NCBI GenBank assembly: GCA_021613535.1
Contig: CP075493.1
Coordinates: forward strand, 12,648,001 to 12,712,000
From: Adineta vaga
Taxonomy: Eukaryota; Animalia; Rotifera
Length of the DNA stretch: 64,000 nt
Reading direction: 5' to 3'
In this document: one piece after another, positions 1-12,620 of the stretch
Layout of the letters: every line of letters starts with the position of its first letter
How positions within the stretch are numbered: position 1 is the stretch's first letter
Notes under the pieces: generated by a model
Database searches by the model: none
The model's input: only the letters and a program-made list of their open reading frames with translations
Told to the model about the DNA's origin: nothing
Translations under genes and position numbers: made by a program

Positions 1-436
1 CAGGTTCACGAATCCGACAACGAATCCTATATCTTCTTCGCTTATACCCTCACGCACACGCACACGCACACCCTCAAGTAGGTGGCAACATTGAAGTGCG
101 CAAAGATTATCTATGACTTTACAATTGTTAAATTTAATAAAACATCAACATATATTTGTGCTAGGACTAAAACATGTTGGAGCAATTGATCCAACTCTAT
201 ATATAAATAAATCAAAGTAATGTCGGATTAAGCGATATCAACATTTGTAAATATTCTTTTTGAAAACAAACCATTTAATAATTTATAGTTAACAAATAAA
301 ATTAGAATACAGACTTTTATGACTTTGTTTGAATACTATACGAATGAAGTTTTGATAAACTATTTTACCTGTTGAAATTTTAAAGCAAAAACTTATCACC
401 AAAAAAGATAAAAACTCACACTCGCAAAATGCTTCA

Positions 437-1181
437 TTACTCGATAGCTTGATCATTTTTTTTTAATTTCATTTCAAATTTATCCTGCCCACTGTATTTA
501 TTCGTTTTAACAAACCATTTTCCTTCAAATTGATGTTGACTTGAATTCCAAGAGAGTTGAATGATGACATTGTGTCCAAGATTCTGCCTGAGATCACCTG
601 TTCCCTTTCGATATGTCTTTATCAAGCCCATTCGATTTGTTTTTGTTGAATAGATACCTTCAATGGTATATTGGCCAATATCATCAGAGCCATTACCAAT
701 CACTTTCGACATTTCCGAATCGAATTTAAGTGAACATTGATATGGTCCATGCCATGAACTGTATTGATAATATTGACTTATCCAAAAACCAGATTCAAAT
801 TGATTTACATTTTGATATTCAATTTCAGTCGAAGGTAATTGAATATAGACTTCATTCGAATATTTTGGTTTTCCTTGTTTCGATATATAATAGAAACCGA
901 GAAAAAATAGAGCACATATAGAACTTATAGTAATATATTCTGTCGTTGTAGTTTCTTTTTGTGGACAGTTGTCACCTGTACACGTCTGTCCTGTACGGTA
1001 AAAATTAGCTATAAACAGAATATATTCATTTGATCATTTTAATTTCTTTCAAAATAGAAAAATTATACTTACTTCGTATACTTCGACTTCGGCTACTACT
1101 TCTAGAACCACCACCACCCTGACAATGAATAACAACGGTCAGAATTATGAAAGTGACTAGTATGCGCAGAATAAGATGCAT
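437..1181 (-). CDS. Single-pass membrane protein of unknown function (signal peptide, TM, C-terminal beta-rich domain); 2 exons
   Basis: ATG at 1181 gives MHLILRILVTFIILTVVIHC (signal-like). A GT-AG intron at ~1009-1072 joins it in frame to an exon with a hydrophobic stretch (ITISSICALFFLGFYYI) that runs into ORF 437..712 (GNGSDDIGQYTIEG...FEGKW). Confidence 0.75.
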
Positions 1182-1620
1182 TTTTTGTATTCTGTCCAAA
1201 TCAAAGACACATTGAAGACAGTTTATTTTATAGCGAGTGAATATTTCAAACGTACAGTATGGCTTAGAAGGTAGTTTTTATTTATTCGTTTTCATCATTA
1301 AGACTATACACATGGAAAGGAACGAAAAAATGATGAAATACAGCGTCGAACATCATAATTATTACTCATATTTGCATTAAAAACAAAACGAAAAATATAC
1401 GACGTTTCTCGTCAATTGCCGTTCGTCAATAAAATAACTAAATAAATGCGAATCAAAAAGGAAAGTACATATACGAATACAAACTAATTACTAAGAATGA
1501 ATCATTCTTTTCCATATATGTTTTAATAGGAATATGTACGGTAAATCGCAAGAATTATATAAGAATGTGTATTATCATACTTTTTTTCTAAATTAAAAAG
1601 AATTCTACTATTGTTATTAT

Positions 1621-1747
1621 TTGAGGGTGTGGGTGTGAAGTGCAATGCTGCCACCTCTTTTGCTTTTTGAGTGTGTAGGTGAGAGTGTGAGTCTTATTCG
1701 TTAATATATACCTACCCTCACCCATATTGCCATACCCACACCCTCAA
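1621..1747. repeat. Telomere-like hairpin element (long or compound copy)
   Basis: TTGAGGGTGTGGGT at 1621 and ACCCACACCCTCAA ending at 1747 form a perfect 14-bp inverted repeat. Confidence 0.8.
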
Positions 1748-1916
1748 AAAAAGAATACACAAATATATAAGTAGAAAACGTAATAATAAGAGATAGACAT
1801 CAGATTTGTCTCAAGTTAAAATAATCTTGTTTATTTATTTTGAAAAATACGTTTCAAAAAGAAAGAAAATCCTAATGATGTAAGTTGATACTTGGTCTCC
1901 ATCTTCCCATACTTAA

Positions 1917-2643
1917 CTAACGTTTGCCTCATACGAATTGGGTTGTTCACTTAAACTTTACGTACGATAGCTTGTTCGATTGCTCCCATTTCTTTTTCGT
2001 CATTCATATAAGCTCCTACCGTATTTCGTGAAATACTATCGAAACCGAGTGATCCATCCTTTTTTTGGGAGAATCGGCATAAGTTCGAGAATACCATTGC
2101 AATAATTGATTATGCTGTGTACCATCACTTGATTGAATACAATACTAGACCGGTTTTTCGTCCTCGACATTTACAGTTATGCGATGATAAACCAAAACGA
2201 CTTGAGATGGGATGTTGTTGTCTATTTCGATCGATTGCAATATACTTGCCATTCATTTGTCGACTGATTGGTGCAAAGCCACAGACACCAAGTGATAGGT
2301 CACGATCATTCTTTCCGAAAGGAAACATATTTTCTAAATTTTTGGAAAGATTTTGAAAGTTTTCCTACTGATATATACTGCATTCTCTTTTTTATTGGGT
2401 AGTTTCTTTCTCAATTTGCTGGATTTCTCCAATGTCGATATTGCGCAGTCAATATTGACAATGAGTGTTAAACTTCATATACACAATATCACCATATGTA
2501 TCAAAGTGAATTGTTTCTCTTTCTTTGATAAAATGTTTTTGCTTTAGTCTAATTTTTCCTACAACTATAGATATATAATTTTCATTTCCAAATGTGATTA
2601 TTTTTGATCCATTTTCAAGATGAGTATTCAAAATTTTTATCAT
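1917..2643 (-). pseudogene. Disrupted paralogue of the Cys/His protein at 34559..35038
   Basis: Shares SSHNCKC.GRKTGLVLY, GTQH.QLL.WY, DGSLGF.S and EQ.IVRKV with 34559..35038, but has two internal deletions, frameshifts and a stop. Confidence 0.75.
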
Positions 2644-2667
2644 TCTATTAGGTCTGAAAGTATTTCT

Positions 2668-4598
2668 CTAACTCATAGGATAATCAGTAGCTTGTACAGA
2701 TGTGTCCAGATCAATATCAGAGTCTTTAAATAAAATATCGAAGAACGCAAATGTACTGGAGATAACAGCAATGACTATGATGAGCAATTGATACTGAAGA
2801 CCAAGTGACGATGCATACATATAAGCAATTGCTGATGCAACACCCTGAAATTTATAAAAATTGATAGAATGATTTAATAAATACTAGGCGAGCAATACCT
2901 GAACTAATTGAAATATAGCAAACGCAGAAGCACTCGTTGCTTTATATCGACTAGCTAAGATATATGTAACTATAAAACATAAAGAAAGTTTTTCATAAAT
3001 TAAACTATATGTACAGATATGTAATAGACCTGAGTATTGAAACAACTATCACCAAAACCAACTATAAACGAACCAATAAAAGTAATAAGTTGACTGTTAG
3101 ATGAGCTATTACAAATAAATTATTTTCAAATATTGTGTTTTATTTCAATATGAAGTTTATTTACGTTAAATCAAAATAAGGTTGACGATCCGTTTCTTTT
3201 GCCGGTGCATCAAATGGATAATTAACAAATACTGAATAATAGAAAATTAGTTGTAAAATACAACCGATCAATATGATCAAAGAACGTTGAGATGGTGTTT
3301 TTGGTTTAGTAATAATTCCAAACAGACCACCACCTACATATAAATATCTTATCGGTCATTTCGTATCATCTTTCATCCATTTATAAACTTACCTAAAATT
3401 TCACCAATACCCATCACAACACCATGTAAACCAATCAATCGTTTTCGAATAGCTAAAAAGAGAAAAATCGTTTGAAACTCTTCCAATTAATATATATAAA
3501 TCAAAATCGAACCTCCATACTTAATATAATGACCAATACAAGTTGAATAAACAGTTTGAAAAAATGTTTGTGAAAAACCTTGAAAAAATTCATATTGATA
3601 TAGATGAGTTTTCGTCAATGTAAACCTGTATAAGCAAATGGAATCAATAGAAGAAGCATATTTCGAGTTTTCATCAATCGAAAAGCAATTTTCAATGTTT
3701 GAATAATATCATTTATTGTAGTTTTTTCGTCCGAATTAGATGACAATAAAGAATTTGCTTGACGTCGTCGTTCAATCAATCGACGCCAAATCAACAGAAC
3801 AAAAACGACAAGACCCACAACCGAAATAATAGAAAAAACAGCAAATAATGGATATCGTGTTGATCGAGTGATTATTTCAGTATCAATTGATAAATACATA
3901 TAGAGACTTCCCGGAAGAAGACTATGATCGAAACAATAGAAAGTCAACATTTCAAAATGAGAGATCAATCAAATGAAATCTACCTTGCTTGAAATAAAGC
4001 CCAGAAAATACCCGCATTACGACCAGCTGTTAATTCATTCGAATGAAATGCAAGATATGCACCTTCTGCTGTCCAAAGAATAGCTGCACCAATACCAAGT
4101 AAAATCGATACGAGATAAAATGACCAAACTCTTGGCGACAGAAATGAAATAACATATACACTGAAAATTAATCAGAAATTTTTTTGCAATACAAGATCAA
4201 AGTAGAAATACTGACAAATAAGTTGTTGCACCGATAAACATAGATAATGTTAGCCCCAAAATAGAAACAACAACTGGTGCAAATATATTCGCAACTGCTC
4301 CAAATGCATAAACAATGGCGAGACTATGATACAATTTATAATATTTATATACAAATGAATTTGACCATATAGTTTACCTAATGTAACCACTACCTTGAAA
4401 ATCTCTTCCATCAGATGTTTCATTTTTGAAACCTTCTAGTACACTTTGCTGATGGTTTCAAAAGAAAGCAATCGATCATTACTAATATTTATAGATTAAA
4501 AAAATATTTACCACCACCATTCCTGTAGCCTGAAATGCAGTAAATAAAATCATAAAGGCTAAACCAAGTAAAATAACATTAGTTAGATGACGATCCAT
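2668..4598 (-). CDS. MFSD11: UNC-93-like MFS membrane protein (MFSD11-like), multi-exon
   Basis: Spliced N-terminus MDRHLTNVILLGLAFMILFTAFQATG...GSGYISLAIVYAF, WTAEGAYL..S...AGRNAGIFWALFQAS and LGFGDSCFNTQ motifs. About 10 short GT-AG introns; TAG at 2668-2670. Confidence 0.85.
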
Positions 4599-4776
4599 AA
4601 TTTATGGCAAATGAAATTGATGCAAAGTAATTCAATAATAACAACACTGTGACATGTTAAAAATATACTGTTTGATGAAAGATAAGAACGCAAAAAGATA
4701 ACAATATTCAGTTATATACTTTAAACTTCAATTAAAAAGACGACTAAAAGATTTTATTTCGAGAAAAAAAACATGA

Positions 4777-6426
4777 TTATGGATTGTTTTTCTTGTGAAT
4801 TAATGTTGTTATAAAATCAGGTGCTCTTGTTAATCCACCTCCAGCAGCGCCATATTGAATAAAAATATTTTTCAATGGTTCAATCCAATTAATTTGTCCA
4901 TATTGACTCACTTGCCGATTACAACCATAAACAAAAACGGGTTTGACTTGACAATCTTTTCCTAAAGCTTTTCTAACCGATGTAACTAAACCTGTTGCAA
5001 TCGTTCCATCATAGAATGATGTATATTTATCAGAAACATTCGGTGTAACACAAGCACCTGCTGTAAATCTCATTAGATATAAATCTTCTTTTTCATTAAT
5101 TGAAATCGGTTGTGTAGATAATTTCGTTGCATGATTTGTACCTCCACAAACAAGAACAGGTGGAAGTTGAAAACCTTTCGGTAAATAAACATGTGCTAAC
5201 ATTGAAACACCTCGTGCTGAAACGACATCAAATAATCGTTTATTATTTTGATTGAATATCTCTTGACTTCCTAATGATAAAATTAGACGAGAGAATTTTA
5301 TCGATTTTTCTTCACCTAATCGATTTTGGAATAAAGCAATTCCTCCTCCTCCATTATCATCATGATAAATCATTTTCAATGTTCCATCGATGACACTTGC
5401 ACCTTGTTTAATTAAATATTCATTTAAAATTTTCATAAAATCAGCAACTAAAACTCGATCATGAAGTTTTTCACCAAAAACTAAACCATTTGGAATAAAA
5501 CCATAACGATTTAAAATCGTTTTTTTCGATAAAATGTTTATATTTCGTCCTTCAGTAATTAAGTTCTTTTTCAATTCATCTAAATCATTAATTTCTTGTT
5601 TATTTCGTGCAATAATAATCGAGCCATGTTCTTCGAGAAGAAGTTTCTTATTTAAATTACCATCTAATTGATCGAAAAACTTTTCATTAATAAAACATTG
5701 TTTTGCAACATCATTCAAAAGATTTGGTCGATCATGAGTCATTGTAAATACCTGATATTTTGCTAAGAGTTTAAAACCACGATACCAATGTTCAGGATGT
5801 GATATCCATCCAATCCAATCAATAGTTCGCCAAGGAAATTCACCTGTTATACTAATTTCTTTGAAAGAAACATTATCAATAAAAAGACGTTTTAATTGAT
5901 CACGAAAAAAACTTGTTGGCTTATAATTTGTTGGTGCTTCGGTATGTGCATCTTGTTCTAAATGCCAAGCAGAACCATTTGCAATTGGAATTCTTTGAAA
6001 ATTATTTAAATAAATTAAATTTTTATTCTTATTTTCAACTAAATGAACAGCACTGATTAATGCTGGTGGACCTCCAACGACTAATGTTTCAACGGTTTGA
6101 TCTGTTCTATTGTGTTGATGATAATCTTTCAAAGATTTAATGTAAACAGGTGTTTTTAATGCATGTTTTTCTTTGATGTCATCAAGATTATCGCCAACTA
6201 GAAATTCATATTGAGAAAAATGCTTTTGAAATAAATCCAATTGTTGAATATCATTCGTTCGGAAAGGATGATGCATTCCAGAAATGAAATACTTCTTATG
6301 TTGTTCATTTGTATAGATACTAAATTCCTCATCATCTTCAATGATATCATTGTATCGTGTATGACATTTTTTTATTGTTATTGCAGTTATTCCAAATGCG
6401 CCGAGGTAAGTTAATCGACGATACAT
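4777..6426 (-). CDS. FAD-dependent oxidoreductase, DAO/glycine-oxidase-like, intronless
   Basis: 549-aa ORF with variant dinucleotide-binding motif LVVGGPPALISA, S..NGSAWH, LILSLG and C-terminal YGAAGGGLTRAP. The N-terminus is basic and presequence-like. Confidence 0.7.
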   Translation of the reverse strand: MYRRLTYLGAFGITAITIKKCHTRYNDIIEDDEEFSIYTNEQHKKYFISGMHHPFRTNDIQQLDLFQKHFSQYEFLVGDNLDDIKEKHALKTPVYIKSLKDYHQHNRTDQTVETLVVGGPPALISAVHLVENKNKNLIYLNNFQRIPIANGSAWHLEQDAHTEAPTNYKPTSFFRDQLKRLFIDNVSFKEISITGEFPWRTIDWIGWISHPEHWYRGFKLLAKYQVFTMTHDRPNLLNDVAKQCFINEKFFDQLDGNLNKKLLLEEHGSIIIARNKQEINDLDELKKNLITEGRNINILSKKTILNRYGFIPNGLVFGEKLHDRVLVADFMKILNEYLIKQGASVIDGTLKMIYHDDNGGGGIALFQNRLGEEKSIKFSRLILSLGSQEIFNQNNKRLFDVVSARGVSMLAHVYLPKGFQLPPVLVCGGTNHATKLSTQPISINEKEDLYLMRFTAGACVTPNVSDKYTSFYDGTIATGLVTSVRKALGKDCQVKPVFVYGCNRQVSQYGQINWIEPLKNIFIQYGAAGGGLTRAPDFITTLIHKKNNP

Positions 6427-7050
6427 GTTTAAGTTTATTTTTCACTACGTTTTATCAAAAATGGTAATATATTAAAATATGAAAGAAGTATGTTATCTTT
6501 TTTTTTCTTATTTATTTACCGATATATGAAGTAAGAGAGAGAGAGAGTGTGTGTTTCACAGTAAATAGAAAAGCTTGTCACATGGTTATACAGATTCATC
6601 TTTTCTTTTTTCTTTCTCTCGTGAATGTCGATGATATAAGCATATTTTATATTGTTTGTCAGTCATCGAACGTCCAGAATAAATTGATGCATTTTATCTT
6701 TTCCTTACACACCCCTTTAAACGATACAGTAGAGGTTATTGCGGACATTGAGAAACAACTGTTTTTTCTCGTTCTCATGATGCTTCTGAATTGGAGAGTA
6801 TAAAGTTATCAATTTGACCGAAGAAAACGATGAAATATCAAATTTATTCTTTCTCTTATTTTTAGTAACGATTCTTCTCGGTCATGAACTTGTCCATCGC
6901 ATGTATAAATACAGCTTATCCTCACTGAATACATCATTGAATAACATTCTTCGTTTAATGAACACATCTTCGTCCGAAGAGAGCAAGTAAGTTTTTCTGA
7001 TAATATTGTATACAAGAGATATTTATAAATTTATAATCTTAGACGTCAAC

Positions 7051-7869
7051 ATGGAATTCAAGAATTTGACAGACAAATTCACAAAGACGACATGTGAAAT
7101 ACAGGTACAAATCGGATTTAATATTATTGTCTCATGAATATGATGTCAAATTTAGAAATGTTCAGATGTTGCGAAACTATTTGATGAAGTTTGGAAAGAA
7201 AATAAATACAAAGGTTTTAGTCATCGTACAGCAGGTGAAAATAAAACACCATTTTTGAATCAGTTCATTGGACAATTACCAATTGATGCTCGAGTTGTTG
7301 AACTCGGTGCTGGATCATTTGATCATGCTTTTCGAATGGCAAAAGAAAATAATATTATTAAAGAAGTTCTTGCTATTGAATATAGTCAAACAGCTGTTAA
7401 TGATGCAAAAGAACGAGCAACGCATCTTGATGAACATATTCGTTCACGTTTAACAATTCAATGTAATGATCTATTCAAATGTTTAAATCAAATGAAAGAA
7501 AATAGCCTTCAAGGTATTTATGCTAATTCAGTCTTTCATTTTCTTACAAAAGAACAACGTGAACAAGCTTATAAGCAATCATTTAAAATCTTATCTGCTG
7601 GTGGAGTTATTGGTGTTTCATTTAAATTTCAAGGTGATGCATTATTTAAATCAGGTGAATTTGTTGAACAAACTGATGCAGGAATTATTCTTTGTGATAA
7701 AATCGATCATATTAATCGTTTATTTGTTTCACCAACAGGTGTTGATGTTCTAGCAGATGAACTTCAATCAGTTGGATTCAATGTTGATTCAATTATTCGT
7801 TGGTCAGTTCCAAATTATAATATCGAAGGAGATAACGGATTATTTGTTGGATTCATAGCCAAACGTTAA
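7051..7869 (+). CDS. Class I SAM-dependent methyltransferase, 2 exons
   Basis: ATG at 7051; intron ~7105-7155 joins in frame to ORF 7255..7869. Motif I VVELGAGS, LAIEYS, IYANSVFHFL, LSAGG. Confidence 0.85.
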
Positions 7870-7975
7870 ATTTCAACTAACTGACATTTCATATGAACTT
7901 TAGATTGCTTCTTTAGAATCGTAGTGTAGATGATTTTTCATTAGAAATAAATAAAAAAAAAAAATTGAATCAATA

Positions 7976-8029
7976 TTAGGGTAGGTGTGAATGTCTCTTC
8001 TTCTACCTCACTCACACCCACACCCGCAA
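7976..8029. repeat. Telomere-like hairpin element
   Basis: TTAGGGTAGGTGTGA..TCTTCTTC..CTCACACCCACACCCGCAA, lying between convergent genes. Confidence 0.7.
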
Positions 8030-8052
8030 GATAAAAACATTTGATCTACAAA

Positions 8053-9756
8053 CTAATGAATCCATACCAAAACGTTGTTATCATTGAGTTTATACGTTAG
8101 GCATCCTGCTTGTTGTCTATCATTCAACCAAACTTCAACAGAATCTGTATTTTCACGTTCAATATATATTTTTATAAAGGATAAATGCTCGAATACATTG
8201 ATAAACTGTTGCACTATTTTGAATGAAGTTTTTCCATAAAAAATGAACTCTTTGAGTTTTGAACAATTTGCATATAATGAACCACTAAGTGATTGCCATG
8301 AAACACCGGTTAGCTGTGTTAATGAATTGATTTTTTCTAGACAAGTCGGAGAATAGCTACGTGCCACGTTTAATACGTCTGAAAAATAATCACATTCTAC
8401 TCGAATCGATATTTGAATTGAACGATATTTAAGTATATCACAAAATAAAGTAGGGTTGATTTTTTCAATAATATTCATCTTTTGAACTGATGAAATATTT
8501 AAAAATTCATTTAATTGTTCATACGTTACTTCATCATCTATTTTGTATACAGAAAGCGATTGAATAAAATTGAAATGTCGTTTGAAATCAAAAAGTTGTG
8601 TACTAATCGTATCTATATGTAGTTGTTGAACATTTATTGCACTTTGTGAGCTTGATGATATTCTGTTGTATGGTTGAAGATAGATTAGTTCCTTTTTGAT
8701 ACAAGGAAGTGTATAGAGAAATAATCGATAACCAGTGAGATAATCACTATTAACAAACCATTTCTTGTCTTTCAACCAATAATTAGACTTGAACGATTCG
8801 ATGAGATTTTCATATGGTTTGGGAACTAGTCTCTCATCAACAGCAAAAAAGAATCGAAACGTTTTCAATTGAGAAAGATAAGTGTTTATGACATGTTCCC
8901 ATTGATAACCAAAGATGTAATCATCTCTACCTAATTCACCTTCTAATTCTAAGTGATTCAATTGAGTTAAACATAATAATCGTTTGAATAAAAGTGGAAT
9001 GTTATCAAATCGAGAAATATCATGAAATTTTAAACAAGTTATTGTTTCAAATCTTTGTATTTTAAGATTATTAAAATCAAAAATAAAATTTCGAATAGCA
9101 ATTGATTTGATATTTCTTGAATATAAATTCAGCCAACTTAAATCATCATAACACATGAGTTTAAATTCATAATATTCGATTGTTGATTTATCATCGGATA
9201 TTGTTATATCTTTTCCAGTAAAAAATGACGAATCAATATTCCATGTAAATGATTTTAATGTTCGAATTTTAAATAATATGATACAACGAAGTAGATTTAA
9301 ACGTGCATTTGACATGTGAAATTGACAATTATATTTTCGAAGTGATAAGGATAAGTATTTCAATCGTTGAAAATTTGGTAATAAGAAAATAAAAGATCGT
9401 AATTGATTACTATCAGTACCAGTGAATGAAAATAGTTGTAATGTGGAATAATGTAAATGCATTGGATAGAATGATAAATATTGATCAATATCGATACATG
9501 AATATTGATTTGAACATAATCTTAATGATTTTATTTGAGAAATATTGATGGGTAATTGTTGAATAGAATGAAATTTCGATTTATCTCTCATAGTAGATAT
9601 ATCGAAAGAATATTGTTGATAGGAATATAATAAAGATTGAAAACGAGAATTAAGTTGTTGAAATGCATCAATTATATCAGAACAAGATAAATAATCGAAT
9701 ATGTTGAAGATTAATTCATTTGATAGTGTTTCGAAGTGTGATTTTGATGCGAACAT
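8053..9756 (-). CDS. F-box protein with degenerate LRR-like region
   Basis: N-terminal F-box FETLSNELIFNIFDYLS..DII.AF..LN.RF; family motifs G..WE..I..YL..LKTF.F and F...YW...KWFV. Confidence 0.85.
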   Translation of the reverse strand: MFASKSHFETLSNELIFNIFDYLSCSDIIDAFQQLNSRFQSLLYSYQQYSFDISTMRDKSKFHSIQQLPINISQIKSLRLCSNQYSCIDIDQYLSFYPMHLHYSTLQLFSFTGTDSNQLRSFIFLLPNFQRLKYLSLSLRKYNCQFHMSNARLNLLRCIILFKIRTLKSFTWNIDSSFFTGKDITISDDKSTIEYYEFKLMCYDDLSWLNLYSRNIKSIAIRNFIFDFNNLKIQRFETITCLKFHDISRFDNIPLLFKRLLCLTQLNHLELEGELGRDDYIFGYQWEHVINTYLSQLKTFRFFFAVDERLVPKPYENLIESFKSNYWLKDKKWFVNSDYLTGYRLFLYTLPCIKKELIYLQPYNRISSSSQSAINVQQLHIDTISTQLFDFKRHFNFIQSLSVYKIDDEVTYEQLNEFLNISSVQKMNIIEKINPTLFCDILKYRSIQISIRVECDYFSDVLNVARSYSPTCLEKINSLTQLTGVSWQSLSGSLYANCSKLKEFIFYGKTSFKIVQQFINVFEHLSFIKIYIERENTDSVEVWLNDRQQAGCLTYKLNDNNVLVWIH

Positions 9757-10175
9757 CGTTTTGAAATGGAGAAGAATATGTGAAAATGTGTATTTGTATT
9801 GGATTTATATGAGTTGATAAGAATGAATGATATGGACTTCTTTTGGTTGATGATAAGAGAAACCAAAGTTGTATTTTTCCAGTTTAACTTGGAAAGTTGG
9901 AAAAATAGATTTTTTTATATCAAAGAAACATAATTTGAATTAGATAAGAATATTCTAATCGATTACTAAATGTTTGTTTTTATGTTCGAGTCTTGAACAA
10001 CCATAAAGTGACTAAACACAGAACGAAAAAAACAATTTTTCAAGGTTGCAATTGTTCTGTCACAGCATACTGAATAATCCGTTTAGAAGTACTATTTATT
10101 TTTGCTATAAGCACGTTGATTTCTCGCATTTTTTTTTCTTCACAGTAACGAAATTCACTGTAAAAAACTTGCAAT

Positions 10176-11262
10176 ATGTCGACATATAATTTTAAAAATC
10201 AGTAATTATAAAGTTTATTTCTTATAACGTGATCTAATCGATTTGTTTTTGCTCTAGTAAAATTAATTTCTTAATTTTTTTCATTTTACTTTTTGGGACT
10301 TCGATAATTATATATTTTAATAACACAAAGTCGAGAGAACTACTCTCTTTTCTCTTTCAAAAATCATCGATTTTAAATTCATCATCGATAATTTCCAATA
10401 CTAATCAAAGTAAATGGAAAAAGAATAAACTTGTAATTATTCCAGCTGTATTTACGGAAATTGATTGGTATAAACCCTTAACTTGGCCGAATTGGTTACG
10501 TGATGGACTTGGTTTATCGAATAGTAGTCGTTCACCACCGTACGATGTTTATTTATATCAACGTTTAGATGCGAATTCTAAATCACCTTTTAATTGGCCT
10601 TATTGTAAAAATGTTCATGAAGAAGCAGGTGTTTATTTGAAGTTTATTTATGATTTTTATTATGATTTACCTGATAAAATGTTATTTATTCATGCAAAAC
10701 CCGAACGACATTCACTCTATCCAATTGAATCAGCACAATGTATTCGTGATGATGTTTTTTATGTAAGTTTAAATAATATTTGGTTTGGAAATCGACCATG
10801 GATTGCACCAAATCCTGATCCAATTGATAACATCACATTAATGTATAAATGTGCAAAACGTATCTTAAGTTTCTTTGGTTTCGATGGTGAAGCTCAATTA
10901 AATCCAACAAATAGAAAACAAAAAGATTTGAGTGTTTTTTCAACTATGTGTTGTGCACAATTTTATGTACGAAAAGAACGCATTCATCATTATACATATG
11001 AACAATGGTCCTTAGCTTATAATGCAAGTCTGAACCCTATTGTACATCGCCTCTTGATCGTGAAATTCCTGGAGTACCAGGAGTGAAATCATTTGGAAGT
11101 GGCATTGAATTTCTTTGGCATATTATTCTTGGACTTGAATCATCTAATATGCCGATACCGACTGCAAAGACAAACTCAGATTTATGTCATTCATTTCGTC
11201 CATCATGTTTTGGAACGTTGTGTAATGCAGTCTTCAGTAGAGTTATAAGTTCACCCATGTAA
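10176..11262 (+). pseudogene. DUF3431-like protein (frameshifted)
   Basis: KNVHEEAGVYLKFIYDFYYDLPDKMLFIHA, CCAQFYVRKERI, and after a 1-nt frameshift near 11030, GSGIEFLWHIILG. The 5' part is also interrupted. Confidence 0.7.
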
Positions 11263-11357
11263 ATGAAGTTAATTTCATGATAGACTCGCTTGTATGAAAC
11301 AGAATATACAAAGGAAACTTTGAATATCTTATTTTATTCAGTTCTAGTTCAAAAAAG

Positions 11358-12092
11358 TTAAATGCGATTGAAATCAAAATCAGCTCTTAAACCAAAATGA
11401 TCAGATATTAATATATCTCCATCCGATGCAGGTTGATCGCCATATGTTGGTGTTTCTTCAATAGGTTTATTGCCAATAATTCGAATTTTAGTCGGTATGA
11501 CATGAACAAATCGAACATTTGTATGTGTTATTCCACGATCATCAGAACCATTCAGTGCAGGCCATAGATCAGTCCAACATTGGAGAAAATTCATTTTTGA
11601 AGTATTTTCAAGTCCATGTCCATCGAAATTAAAATCTCCTATTAAAAAAAGAAGCGACATTGGAACGATTTCCTATATATCTATTGAAGACTGATTGACA
11701 TATTTGTAATTGATGCGATCATAAATCTTCATTTTTTCGTATTGATTCCAAATGAGTAATACCTATAAGAAAAAATTCGTTTCGTAGTTGTATCTGTGAA
11801 AATAAGAATTGCCTTCCTTTGTTCGTTGGGAATGCAAATATCGTAAGTTCACGTCAACCTACACGCTTATCTATTAACATGACAATACCATAGTTACGTG
11901 GACTATGTAAAAATGTTCGTCCCTCAATATCACTTAACATATATCGACATCGAATCCATGGTTGAGAAATTAGATGTTGTAACATATACTTCGTCGCTAA
12001 AACTCAAAGTACTAACTTTCTGTGCATCATTCAAGCTTTTGATTTGCTTACTTTCTTGCAAACATACTATATGTGGATTAGAACGATGAAGA
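11358..12092 (-). pseudogene. EEP-family (TDP2-like) phosphodiesterase remnant
   Basis: PHIVCLQE, YGIVML, THLES, LIGDFN, WTDLW...DRGIT and SDHFGL motifs spread over several frames. The 5' end is missing. Confidence 0.75.
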
Positions 12093-12094
12093 AG

Positions 12095-12250
12095 CTCCGG
12101 GCGAAAGCACCCCATCGGATCCTTTCGGACCCCTGAATAATCCGACATCATCTGACAGTCGGAACATCCAGGATTTCGACAATAGGATCCTCTCATTTCT
12201 GGCAACTGGAACCTATCGGCTCCGATTGTCGGAATATGTGGGATTCAGTC
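12095..12250. mobile_element. GC-richer non-coding repeat or MITE-like remnant
   Basis: Local GC rise with repeated TCCGAC/GTCGGA and GGATCC inverted motifs. A similar motif (AATCCGACAA..AATCCTAT) occurs at 11-30. It truncates the EEP gene. Confidence 0.45.
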
Positions 12251-12329
12251 GTGTATCATACCATCAAGTATTGCATGGGTGTGGATAATATTTTTCCTCT
12301 CACCCACTCATACGCTCACACCCTCAAAT

Positions 12330-12620
12330 CATCATTCGATTATTTATGGAATTCGTCAATTAAATATCGATGAAATGAATGAATTTTGTTTTGAGAAAAT
12401 CTCATTCAATCCAAGTTTAATAAACTTAAAACGTTCTTGGAAATTTTCATCTAATTATCTTATAAGATTTTATCAATCAGCTTGTTTTTATCTTGATTTA
12501 AATAATAATTGGAAATCAGATGGTTTAGTGTTGGACCATTATCAAATCCGTATCGTACACAATGTTTTTCAACACATTTAACAACATTTACAAGTGCTTT
12601 TATTTATCAATCATTTCAAA
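12330..12620 (+). pseudogene. PKD1/REJ-like GPS (GAIN) domain fragment
   Basis: IYGIRQL...IRFYQSACFYLDLNNNWKSDGL, then after a frameshift VGPLSN..RTQCFSTHLTTF (GPS C-x-H-L-T motif). No upstream exons. Confidence 0.7.

Noticed and set aside
730-921. Short ORFs antisense to or overlapping real genes (e.g. 730..921, 2117..2356, 16250..16467, 36648..37036, 38333..38696, 52394..52588)
   Set aside because: They are shadows of better-supported coding exons on the other strand or frame and have no motifs of their own.
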